This document shows, piece by piece, positions 27,037 through 35,214 of a stretch of DNA of 64,000 nt. The position numbers were made by a program, and so were the translations under genes. The DNA comes from Candidatus Omnitrophota bacterium (GTDB lineage Bacteria > Omnitrophota > Gorgyraeia > VGKH01), in assembly GCA_022703055.1 (NCBI GenBank), contig JAKLEP010000001.1:154850-218849 (forward strand). The letters are read 5' to 3'. Below the pieces are notes generated by a model. It did not search any database. It had not been told where the DNA came from and saw only the letters and a list, made by a program, of their open reading frames with translations. Position 1 is the stretch's first letter; every line of letters starts with the position of its first letter.

Positions 27037-27270
27037 TTTATAATAGTGGGGTAAACAAGGATTGATTACGTTGCGATTGAAGTGTAGCCAAAGAAGCCTA
27101 CCGGAACACAAATTTAGATTTAAAATCGCATTAGAAAAGATTTTAGGACAAATTTCTGCAATGGCGCAGAGGAGCTAGAAGCTGCATTGACGCAGTGGCT
27201 TGGATGAAGTGTTTTTTGTTAAGCTGCAAAGAAGTCCTCATTTTTAAACATTTATAAAAGGGAGAATAAA

Positions 27271-29490
27271 ATGCCTACCGTAAGCGTCAAAGACGTGAAA
27301 ATCACTAAAGAGATAATTGAAAAAGAAGGTTTAACCATGGAGGAATATGATCGGCTAAAGAAGCTGATCGGTCGAGAGCCAAATTATACGGAACTCGGCC
27401 TTTTTTCTGCCATGTGGAGCGAGCACTGTTCCTATAAAAATTCCCGCCCCGTTTTGAAATTGTTCCCCACTAAGGGAAAACAAGTTCTTCAAGGCCCGGG
27501 AGAGAATGCCGGTATCGTGGATATCGGCGAAGGATACGGTGTGGCTTTCAAAATGGAATCGCATAATCATCCCTCGGCTGTCGAGCCTTACGAAGCATCG
27601 GCCACCGGCGGCGGCGGATGTCTTCGCGATATCTTCACCATGGGTGCAGATACCGTGGGTTTGCTTGGTTCCTTAAGATTAGGAAGGCTCACCGATAAAA
27701 AAGTAAAATGGTTATTCAAAGAAATCGGACGCGGTTTCAGCAGCTACGCTAATGTTGCCTTGGTTCCTATCGTGGGCGGAGAAATTTATTTTGATGAAAG
27801 CTATGAGGGAAATCCCTTAGTCAATGCTATGACTGTTGGCGTGGTAAAACACAATGAAATTACCCGCGCCAAAGCCGCAGGAATCGGAAATATCGTAGCC
27901 ATGATCGGCGGAGATACCGGTAAAGACGGTGTAGGCGGCGCAGCATTCGCATCCGGCGCTATTGCCGAAGGTGCAGAAGAAGATACTTCATCAGTTGCTA
28001 TCGGTGATCCGGTAATGGGATTAAAACTAAGACGGGCCAGCCTGGAACTTATCAGAGCAGGCGTCGTCGTAGGAATGCAGGACATGGGCGCAGCCGGTTT
28101 AGTGTGTTCAACTTCCGAGACTGCCACCAAAGGCGGAGTGGGAATTGAAATTGACTTAAATAAGGTAAGAAAAAGAACTCCTGATATGAATGCCTATCAG
28201 ATGATGCTTTCCGAAAGCCAGGAGAGAATGTTGGTCATTTTGGAAAAGGATAAAATCGAAGACGCCAAGAAAATCTGCTCAAAACACGGCGTGCCCTTAG
28301 ACATCATCGGCTTTGTGAAAAAAGGCGATAAGCTCACGGTCAAAGAAGGCGACACCGTGGTGGCGGAAGTTCCGGCAAGAGCCTTGACCGAAGATGCCCC
28401 GGTTTACATCCGCGAAGAAAAAGAGCCAGATTTTTCCCAATACAAATTAAATCTTGGCGACATAAAGGAACCTAAGGATTACAACCAGACGTTCTTAAAG
28501 TTGCTGAGTTCATCGACTATTGCCGATAAGAGCATGGTTTATTCTAAGAGCGACCCCAAGTTATTCGGTAACGTCGTGGTAAAACCCGGCGAAGCTGATG
28601 CCGCAGTAATTAAAGTTGTCGGCAAAAGAGGATTTGCCGCCACCGCAAATTGCAACGGCACCTACTGTCGGATTAATCCGCGTTTAGGCGGACAGATTGC
28701 CGTCGCTGAATCAGCGAGAAACCTGGCTTGCGTTGGCGCAAAACCACTGGGACTCACCGACTGTTTGAATTTCGGCAATCCTTTTAATCCGGAAGTTTTC
28801 TGGGGATTCAGGAAATCCTGCGAAGGAATCTCGGATGCCTGCAAAGCTCTGGATGTGGCGGTAGTTAGCGGAAACGTCAGTTTCCACAATGAGAATCCTA
28901 AAGGCACAGTTGATCCTACCCCGGCAATCGGCATGGTGGGAGTGGTTGAGGATGTAGGAAAGGTCGTCAAGCAAAGCTTCAAGTCCGAAGGCGACACAAT
29001 CATCCTTTTGGGTGAAAATAAAAATGAGCTGGGCGCATCAGAATATCTAAAGACTCTCTACAATTTAAAGAAAGGCGATGTGCCAAGCCTGGATTTGAAA
29101 CAGGAAAAGGCGCTGGTGGATACTTTGCTTTCAGCGATTGACAAGGGCCTGGTTGTATCAGCCCATGATTGTTCTGAAGGCGGAATCGCCGTGGCTTTGG
29201 CGGAAAGCTGCATCACTGATAAGAAAATCGGCGCGAGCGTAAAATTAGATGATAAGAATATGCGTAAAGACGCGCTTTTATTCGGCGAGACACAATCGCG
29301 GGTCATCGTAAGCGCCAAACCCCAAGACGCAGATAAAATCCTGGATATCGCTAAGAAAAATAAACTCTCGGCAAAGATTATCGGTAAAGTCGGTGGAAAC
29401 AAACTGGTTATCAACGACTTGATTAATCTCACCACTGATGAATTATCCAACACCTGGAGAACGGCGATAGAGAAGGAATATAATAGCTAG
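27271..29490 (+). CDS. purL: Phosphoribosylformylglycinamidine synthase II (small PurL)
   Basis: 739 aa. EPNYTELGLFSAMWSEHCSYK and ESHNHPS motifs. SD AAGGGAG upstream. Confidence 0.92.
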   Translation: MPTVSVKDVKITKEIIEKEGLTMEEYDRLKKLIGREPNYTELGLFSAMWSEHCSYKNSRPVLKLFPTKGKQVLQGPGENAGIVDIGEGYGVAFKMESHNHPSAVEPYEASATGGGGCLRDIFTMGADTVGLLGSLRLGRLTDKKVKWLFKEIGRGFSSYANVALVPIVGGEIYFDESYEGNPLVNAMTVGVVKHNEITRAKAAGIGNIVAMIGGDTGKDGVGGAAFASGAIAEGAEEDTSSVAIGDPVMGLKLRRASLELIRAGVVVGMQDMGAAGLVCSTSETATKGGVGIEIDLNKVRKRTPDMNAYQMMLSESQERMLVILEKDKIEDAKKICSKHGVPLDIIGFVKKGDKLTVKEGDTVVAEVPARALTEDAPVYIREEKEPDFSQYKLNLGDIKEPKDYNQTFLKLLSSSTIADKSMVYSKSDPKLFGNVVVKPGEADAAVIKVVGKRGFAATANCNGTYCRINPRLGGQIAVAESARNLACVGAKPLGLTDCLNFGNPFNPEVFWGFRKSCEGISDACKALDVAVVSGNVSFHNENPKGTVDPTPAIGMVGVVEDVGKVVKQSFKSEGDTIILLGENKNELGASEYLKTLYNLKKGDVPSLDLKQEKALVDTLLSAIDKGLVVSAHDCSEGGIAVALAESCITDKKIGASVKLDDKNMRKDALLFGETQSRVIVSAKPQDADKILDIAKKNKLSAKIIGKVGGNKLVINDLINLTTDELSNTWRTAIEKEYNS

Positions 29491-29508
29491 GAATATAGCG
29501 AAATGTAA

Positions 29509-29555
29509 GAAGTCCTTCGACAGATCCCGGATCCATCGAAGGACTTCTTTATTTT
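29509..29555 (+). terminator. Rho-independent terminator after purL
   Basis: GAAGTCCTTCGA/TCGAAGGACTTC 12-bp perfect stem (29509-29520 with 29536-29547), then TTTATTTT. Confidence 0.85.
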
Positions 29556-29574
29556 CGGTTGTTGAGGTGGTAAG

Positions 29575-29880
29575 ATGAAAAAGATTTTGATTGTTTTGGT
29601 GTGTTTGGTGTTGGTTGGATGCGGATTGTGCCCGGCATATATGAGAAGCCAATCCGATTATATGAAAGTTTCCAATATCGCTATCGGTGGCGCATCAAAA
29701 TCGAGAGTAAAAATGATGTTCGGAGAGCCTGATTCAAAAGAAGTTTACGAAGATAAATCAGAAAAATGGATTTATAAAAATAGAGAAGATAATAAGACTA
29801 TCGTGTTTCTATTTACTCCTAGTGGCGCTGTTGGCTTGACGCAAATTATTCCGCCAGAGGGCGTAGAACAAAATAAATAG
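29575..29880 (+). CDS. Small lipoprotein (BamE/SmpA-OmlA-like, tentative)
   Basis: Lipobox LVGC. SRVKMMFGEPDSKEVY...W.Y resembles SmpA/OmlA domains. Confidence 0.5.
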   Translation: MKKILIVLVCLVLVGCGLCPAYMRSQSDYMKVSNIAIGGASKSRVKMMFGEPDSKEVYEDKSEKWIYKNREDNKTIVFLFTPSGAVGLTQIIPPEGVEQNK

Positions 29881-29934
29881 GGGACAGGCTTAGGAATAAA
29901 TCGGAGAAGGTCCCTAAATTAACAGGAGAAATGT

Positions 29935-31173
29935 ATGTCAAAGAACCCAGATTTAGGTTTTTCTCATTTTTCAGTTAAACAACTGAAAAGATATTATGAT
30001 AATGGAGAAATTTATATTAATCCAGAATATCAAAGAAGTTTTGTTTGGAAACCTACCCATCAAAGAAATTTGATTACTTCCATTCAAAATGGAAAATCAA
30101 TGGGTGTATTAGTGATATGGAAAAATAAGCAGGGCAAATACGAAATCTTAGATGGCCAACAAAGAATAATTACAATAATAAAGTTTCTTGACAAAAAATT
30201 TACTAATGATGAAAACAAGCAATTTGACGAACTTTCCGTTACAGAACAATCAGAAATAGAAGGATACAGTATTTATTACCTTGAGCTTAAAACTACTTTA
30301 AAAGAAGATGAGATTTCAGATATCTTCACTAGATTGCAAGAAGGGATACCTTTAAATCCTGCTGAAAAAGTTAACGCACTTAGAGGTCTATTTAGAGATT
30401 TTTTTATGCAAGCATACATTAGAAATAAGATTTTTTTTGAAAAATTAAATAATCATAGATTCCGAGCTCGATTATTAGCAGCGCAACTTTTATTATTAGA
30501 ACTCGAAACAAATTTTAATAAGAAAATGTTTCCTAACGCAGAATACGAAGACTTTAAAAGCATAAATAATAAATATTCTCAAAGAAATATTTCTTCGCAA
30601 AAAATAAAAGACTATAATAATTATTTAAATTTCTTAGGATTTAGATTGCAAAAAGAATTAAGGGCGATTAATTTTAGAGACTTGATTTCGTTGTATCTAT
30701 TAGTTTCTTTTCTAAGTAAAACAAGCGTAAATAAAGGTGATCTCTCGCTTTATATCAGAAAATTTGCAATAGAATTTATTAATAATTTGGAAAGTTTTAG
30801 TATATATAAACCAATAAAGCCAAAAAATTTGAATAAAAAAATATTTAATAGATATGTAGAGTATAAACAATATGCTAGGCAAGCAACAACGGCAGAATCA
30901 TTTGAAAGACGGTTTAAGTTCATACTTTCTGAATATAAGCGCTTATTCCCAAATATTAAATTTAAAGATAAGAATAGATTATTTGAAGAAAGACAGAAAA
31001 TACAAATATATTTTAAACAAAAATGCTTGTGTGCTTTTTGTAAACAACCCTTAGTTTATGAAGAGGCTCATTGTCATCATAAAGACGAATATTCAAAAGG
31101 TGGCAAGACAAGAATATCTAAGGGCGCAATGGTGCATTTTAAATGCCATAATAAAATTCATCACAAAAAATAA
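29935..31173 (+). CDS. DUF262 (ParB-like NTPase) + C-terminal HNH nuclease protein (GmrSD/SspE-like)
   Basis: N-terminal INPEYQRSFVW and ILDGQQRI DUF262 motifs. C-terminal CAFC...HCHHKDEYSKGG...FKCHNKIHH HNH motif. Markedly AT-rich gene. Confidence 0.78.
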   Translation: MSKNPDLGFSHFSVKQLKRYYDNGEIYINPEYQRSFVWKPTHQRNLITSIQNGKSMGVLVIWKNKQGKYEILDGQQRIITIIKFLDKKFTNDENKQFDELSVTEQSEIEGYSIYYLELKTTLKEDEISDIFTRLQEGIPLNPAEKVNALRGLFRDFFMQAYIRNKIFFEKLNNHRFRARLLAAQLLLLELETNFNKKMFPNAEYEDFKSINNKYSQRNISSQKIKDYNNYLNFLGFRLQKELRAINFRDLISLYLLVSFLSKTSVNKGDLSLYIRKFAIEFINNLESFSIYKPIKPKNLNKKIFNRYVEYKQYARQATTAESFERRFKFILSEYKRLFPNIKFKDKNRLFEERQKIQIYFKQKCLCAFCKQPLVYEEAHCHHKDEYSKGGKTRISKGAMVHFKCHNKIHHKK

Positions 31174-31207
31174 CAAGATTGTCTATTGATAAATTTAGGG
31201 AGATGAA

Positions 31208-31363
31208 ATGGTAAAGTGGGTCCGATATTTAGTGATAAAAACATTACAATTTCTCGGAATTGATATTATAAAGGAGAACAAAGAACTTCAGGATAGAGTG
31301 CTTGAGCTTGAAAATAAACTGAAGCAGTTGGATTCTACGCAAAATGAAAGCTATCTTCACTAA
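31208..31363 (+). CDS. Possible 51-aa coiled-coil protein (below ORF-track cutoff)
   Basis: ATG preceded by AGGGAG. Translates to MVKWVRYLVIKTLQFLGIDIIKENKELQDRVLELENKLKQLDSTQNESYLH. No homology assessable. Confidence 0.3.
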   Translation: MVKWVRYLVIKTLQFLGIDIIKENKELQDRVLELENKLKQLDSTQNESYLH

Positions 31364-31441
31364 AACATAGGACCGTTTCCAGATAAGTAATTGTAATTTA
31401 ATAAGTTTTGATAGAAGTGTCCCCGTTCAGTAGGTAGGGGT

Positions 31442-31459
31442 TAGTAGGTAGAATGTAGG
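31442..31459 (+). repeat. 18-nt exact repeat TAGTAGGTAGAATGTAGG (forward copy)
   Basis: Exact reverse complement of 9324-9341. Preceded by the related CAGTAGGTAGGGG. Confidence 0.9.
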
Positions 31460-31502
31460 GCAATTATATTTCGGAGGTTATATGGCAAAAAATAAAGTAC
31501 TC

Positions 31503-31556
31503 ACCCGCGCCCTTTCACCCGTAGGAGCGATTCTTTGCAGTAAGAAAGGGCGGGGT
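31503..31556. repeat. Third, degenerate copy of the CCCCGCCCTT...GGGCGGGG hairpin element
   Basis: ACCCGCGCCCTTTC (31503-31516) pairs with GAAAGGGCGGGGT (31544-31556), 13 bp with a 1-nt bulge. The reverse strand reads AACCCCGCCCTT, identical to 10150-10161. Confidence 0.6.
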
Positions 31557-31563
31557 TAAATTC

Positions 31564-31618
31564 GCAGACGGCCTTTGGCCTACGACTTACGTCGCTAAAG
31601 CTTCCGTAAGTCGTCTGC
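31564..31618 (+). promoter_or_regulatory. Three-way-junction-like structured leader before the LOG-family gene
   Basis: GCAG/CTGC closing stem, GGCC-TTT-GGCC mini-hairpin (31570-31580), ACGACTTACG/CGTAAGTCGT 10-bp hairpin (31582-31614). Then AAGGAG and the ATG at 31637. Confidence 0.45.
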
Positions 31619-31636
31619 TCAACTAAGGAGTTGAAA

Positions 31637-32284
31637 ATGAAGAAAGTTTTAAAGGATGATTTTACCACGGAAGAGACTTGGCGGATTTTTAGGATTATGG
31701 CCGAGTTTGTGGAAGGTTTTGAGGTTTTATCCAAAATCGGGCCGGCGGTTTCCATTTTTGGCTCGGCAAGGCTAAAGCCCACAAACCAGTATTATAAACT
31801 TGCGGTTGAAACTGCCAAGCTTCTGGTTAAAGAGGGCTATGCGATTATCTCCGGCGCCGGCCCGGGCATCATGGAGGCAGCCAACAAAGGCGCCAAAGCC
31901 GCCAAAGGCCAATCCGTGGGCTTAAATATCGAAGTTCCGTCAGAGCAGAGGCCGAATTCCTATGTGGATATCCTTTTAGATTTTCATTATTTCTTTGTGC
32001 GAAAAGTCATGTTTGTGCGCTACGCCAAGGCATTCGTGATTTTCCCCGGCGGATACGGCACGCATGATGAATTGTTTGAGTCCTTAAATTTGATTGAGAC
32101 GCTAAAAATCCCCAAATTCCCCGTAGTTTTAGTGGGAGCAAAATACTGGAAAGGGCTGTTCGACCATCTTAAAAATTCCGTCATCAAGGAAGGTTGCTTA
32201 AAGAAGGAAGAGCTGGCGATTATGAAAGTTGTGGATACACCGCAGCAAGTTGTGGAGGAGATAAAGAAGTTTTATCATAAATAG
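31637..32284 (+). CDS. LOG-family (TIGR00730-type) nucleotide 5'-monophosphate nucleosidase/phosphoribohydrolase
   Basis: GSAR...GGGPGIMEA-like region (SGAGPGIMEAANKGA) and the PGGYGTHDE motif. The ATG at 31637 has better SD spacing than the listed TTG at 31631. Confidence 0.8.
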   Translation: MKKVLKDDFTTEETWRIFRIMAEFVEGFEVLSKIGPAVSIFGSARLKPTNQYYKLAVETAKLLVKEGYAIISGAGPGIMEAANKGAKAAKGQSVGLNIEVPSEQRPNSYVDILLDFHYFFVRKVMFVRYAKAFVIFPGGYGTHDELFESLNLIETLKIPKFPVVLVGAKYWKGLFDHLKNSVIKEGCLKKEELAIMKVVDTPQQVVEEIKKFYHK

Positions 32285-32334
32285 GTTACGGTCAGGGTAA
32301 CGAAGCCCGTATCGGTTAAGGTAACGGTGGCGTA

Positions 32335-32736
32335 ATGGAAGAGAAAAAGAGAATAACAAGTTTTAAAGACTTAGAAGTTTATCAGAATTCATATAAGGCT
32401 ATGCTTGAAGTTATGAAAGAGGTTGTGCCTAAGCTACCGGATAGCGAAAAATACGATTTAAAAGACCAATTGAGCCGAGCATGTAAGGCGATTCCCAGAT
32501 TGATAGCTGAAGGTTATGCTAAGCGTCATCAAAAGTTCGGTTTTCAGAAATATATTGACGATGCAATGGGAGAATGTAATGAGATGGTTGTTAGTTTAAG
32601 TCAGGCTAGAGATATTTATTCTGCACAGGTCAATAATAGTTTTTGTGATGGGTTAATTGATATTTACGATAAAACAGGCAGGCAACTTTATAAATTAGGC
32701 GATAGTTGGACGAATTTTAAAAGACGCCAGACGTAA
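32335..32736 (+). CDS. Four-helix-bundle protein (23S rRNA intervening-sequence protein family)
   Basis: FKDLEVYQNSYKA...DQLSRACKAIPRLIAEGYAKR matches the family hallmark. Flanked by a 19-nt imperfect inverted repeat. Confidence 0.8.
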   Translation: MEEKKRITSFKDLEVYQNSYKAMLEVMKEVVPKLPDSEKYDLKDQLSRACKAIPRLIAEGYAKRHQKFGFQKYIDDAMGECNEMVVSLSQARDIYSAQVNNSFCDGLIDIYDKTGRQLYKLGDSWTNFKRRQT

Positions 32737-32781
32737 CCTAAAGACGAAACGGGCATCGTAACCGTAGCCTATAGACTTTCA

Positions 32782-34194
32782 ATGAAGATGAGTAAAGACA
32801 GGCCTAAAGAATATTGCGGACTTTTCGGCATTTTTGGCCATAAAAATGCCACTGATCTTACCTATCTTGGCCTTTATGCGCTGCAGCATCGTGGAGAAGA
32901 ATCCTGCGGTATTGTCTCAAGCGACGGCAAGGATTTTTATCTGCACAAAGAAATGGGTTTAGTCGGCGACGTCTTTAACCGGGAAATCCTGGCTAAATTA
33001 AAAGGCGATATCGCCGTGGGACATACCCGATATTCCACTACCGGTTCAAGCGTGATTAAAAACGTCCAGCCGCTTTTTGCCAATCATCGCGATAAATCTT
33101 TAGCCATTGCCCATAATGGAAACCTGACCAATAGCTTTGCCTTAAAGAAGAAATTGGAATCGCAAGGCTCGATATTCCAATCATCCTGCGATAGCGAGAT
33201 CATCATTCATCTGATGGCGAGAGAAAAATCTCCGGATATCGTGGAGAAATTAAAGGGCGCACTAAAATCGGTTGAGGGCGCGTATTCTTTGATTTTAATG
33301 ACCCAGGATAAACTTATCGGCGTACGCGATCCATTGGGATTCCGTCCGCTGGTTTTGGGCAAAATCGGCAATGCCTATTGCTTAGCCTCCGAAACTTGCG
33401 CCTTTGATTTGATTGAAGCAAAATATATCCGCGAAATCCAGGCCGGAGAAATCGTGGTCATTGATAAAAACGGGATTAAATCGTATAGATTCGCCGCGCA
33501 AAAAAAGAAGGCCCAGTGTATTTTTGAACATATCTATTTTTCCCGTCCAGATTCATTTATCTTCGGCCAGACCGTGCATTTGGTCAGGCAAAGCTTAGGC
33601 GAGAGATTAGCCAAAGAACATCCGGTAAAAGCGGATTTGGTGATTCCGGTGCCGGATTCCGGGATGTCTTGTGCTTTGGGATTTTCCCATGCTTCCGGGA
33701 TTCCGCTTGAATGGGGGATTATCCGTAACCATTATGTAGGCAGGACTTTTATCCAGCCGCATCAGGAGATAAGAGACCTGGGAGTAAAAGTTAAGTTTAA
33801 TCTTCTAAAAGAAGTGGTCAAGGGAAAAAATATTGTGATCGTAGATGATTCGATTGTGCGCGGGACAACTTCTAAGAAACGTATAAGAGGATTCCGCGAG
33901 GCAGGGGCCAAAGAGGTACATTTAAGGATCGCCTGTCCGCCGCATCGCTTCGCCTGTTTTTATGGTATAGATTTTCCCACACAGTCCGAATTAATCGCCC
34001 ACAAATACAGCATTAATAAAATTAAAGAGTTTTTAGGAGTTGATAGCCTGGGTTATTTAAGCGTTGAGGGAATGCTAGCTTGCGTGAAAGATAAAGCTAA
34101 TTATTGTACTGCATGTTTTAGCGGAAAATACCCCACGAAATTTGATAAAAAGAATACTAAATTATCACTAGAAAACAAATGCGAGAAAGGATAA
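32782..34194 (+). CDS. purF: Amidophosphoribosyltransferase
   Basis: Propeptide followed by CGLFGIFG Ntn active-site Cys. PRPP loop VIVDDSIVRGTT. C-terminal Cys ligands for an Fe-S cluster. Confidence 0.92.
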   Translation: MKMSKDRPKEYCGLFGIFGHKNATDLTYLGLYALQHRGEESCGIVSSDGKDFYLHKEMGLVGDVFNREILAKLKGDIAVGHTRYSTTGSSVIKNVQPLFANHRDKSLAIAHNGNLTNSFALKKKLESQGSIFQSSCDSEIIIHLMAREKSPDIVEKLKGALKSVEGAYSLILMTQDKLIGVRDPLGFRPLVLGKIGNAYCLASETCAFDLIEAKYIREIQAGEIVVIDKNGIKSYRFAAQKKKAQCIFEHIYFSRPDSFIFGQTVHLVRQSLGERLAKEHPVKADLVIPVPDSGMSCALGFSHASGIPLEWGIIRNHYVGRTFIQPHQEIRDLGVKVKFNLLKEVVKGKNIVIVDDSIVRGTTSKKRIRGFREAGAKEVHLRIACPPHRFACFYGIDFPTQSELIAHKYSINKIKEFLGVDSLGYLSVEGMLACVKDKANYCTACFSGKYPTKFDKKNTKLSLENKCEKG

Positions 34195-34197
34195 AAA

Positions 34198-35199
34198 ATG
34201 GTCAAGCGGCTGACGTATAAATCAAGCGGAGTAGATATTGCCAAGGCAAATAAGTTTAAGAAAGAAATCAAAACTTTAGTGGCTAAGACCTTTACGCGCG
34301 AAGTCATGGGCGGAATCGGCGGTTTTGGCAGCCTCTATGATTTCTCATCCGCCCAATATAAACATCCGATTTTGGTTTCATCTTCCGACGGAGTAGGGAC
34401 AAAGCTTTTAATCGCCAAATTGGTGAATAAACACGATACCGTGGGCATTGATTTAGTGGCGATGAATACCAATGATATTTTGTGCCTGGGCGCAAAACCG
34501 ATTTTCTTTCTGGATTATATCGCATCGGGCAAATTAGAGCCGCAGGTTTTAAGAGATGTGGTTAAAGGTATTGCCGATGGCTGCAAGCAGTCGGCCTGCA
34601 GTTTAATCGGCGGCGAGACCGCGGAGCTGCCGGGAATGTATAAGCCAGGCGATTACGATTTGGGCGGATTTACCGTGGGAGTAGTGGATAAGGCCAAGAT
34701 TATTAACGGCTCAAAGATTAAAGTCGGCGATGTAATCTTAGGCCTTGAATCAAACGGAATTCATTCTAACGGTTATTCTTTAGTGAGAAAAGTTTTTTCT
34801 GCTGCACAACAGAAAAGATTGGCCCGTGAATTGCTTAAGCCCACCAGAGTCTATGTCCGTCCGGTTTTGGATATTATCAAAAATGTAAACATTAAAGGCA
34901 TATCGCATATTACTGGCGGCGCATTTTACGGAAAAATCCCGCGGATCATTCCTCGCGGTATGGCGGCCTTGGTTTATAAAAAATCCTGGCCGGTGCCCAA
35001 GATTTTCAAGATGATTCAAAAAAACGGCAATGTTGAGGAAAAAGAGATGTTCAGGACTTTTAATATGGGCATTGGCATGGTTTTGGTAATGTCGGCCAAA
35101 GAAATTCCCAAAGCCAAAAGGATATTGGCAAAATACAGATTGAAATCCTGGGTCATCGGTAGAATCGTAAAAGGAAATAAAGAAACGCGTATAGTTTAG
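34198..35199 (+). CDS. purM: Phosphoribosylformylglycinamidine cyclo-ligase (AIR synthetase)
   Basis: TYKSSGVDI N-terminus. GGFGSLYD and DGVGTK motifs. Confidence 0.92.
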   Translation: MVKRLTYKSSGVDIAKANKFKKEIKTLVAKTFTREVMGGIGGFGSLYDFSSAQYKHPILVSSSDGVGTKLLIAKLVNKHDTVGIDLVAMNTNDILCLGAKPIFFLDYIASGKLEPQVLRDVVKGIADGCKQSACSLIGGETAELPGMYKPGDYDLGGFTVGVVDKAKIINGSKIKVGDVILGLESNGIHSNGYSLVRKVFSAAQQKRLARELLKPTRVYVRPVLDIIKNVNIKGISHITGGAFYGKIPRIIPRGMAALVYKKSWPVPKIFKMIQKNGNVEEKEMFRTFNMGIGMVLVMSAKEIPKAKRILAKYRLKSWVIGRIVKGNKETRIV

Positions 35200-35214
35200 A
35201 AGGAGCGAAGTAAA

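Noticed and set aside
31482-31559. 25-codon ORF (MAKNKVLTRALSPVGAILCSKKGRG) with a good GGAGG SD
   Set aside because: Most of the frame consists of the two arms of the GC-rich hairpin at 31503-31556, so the open frame may be incidental. I kept it only as a remark. Ribosome profiling would decide.
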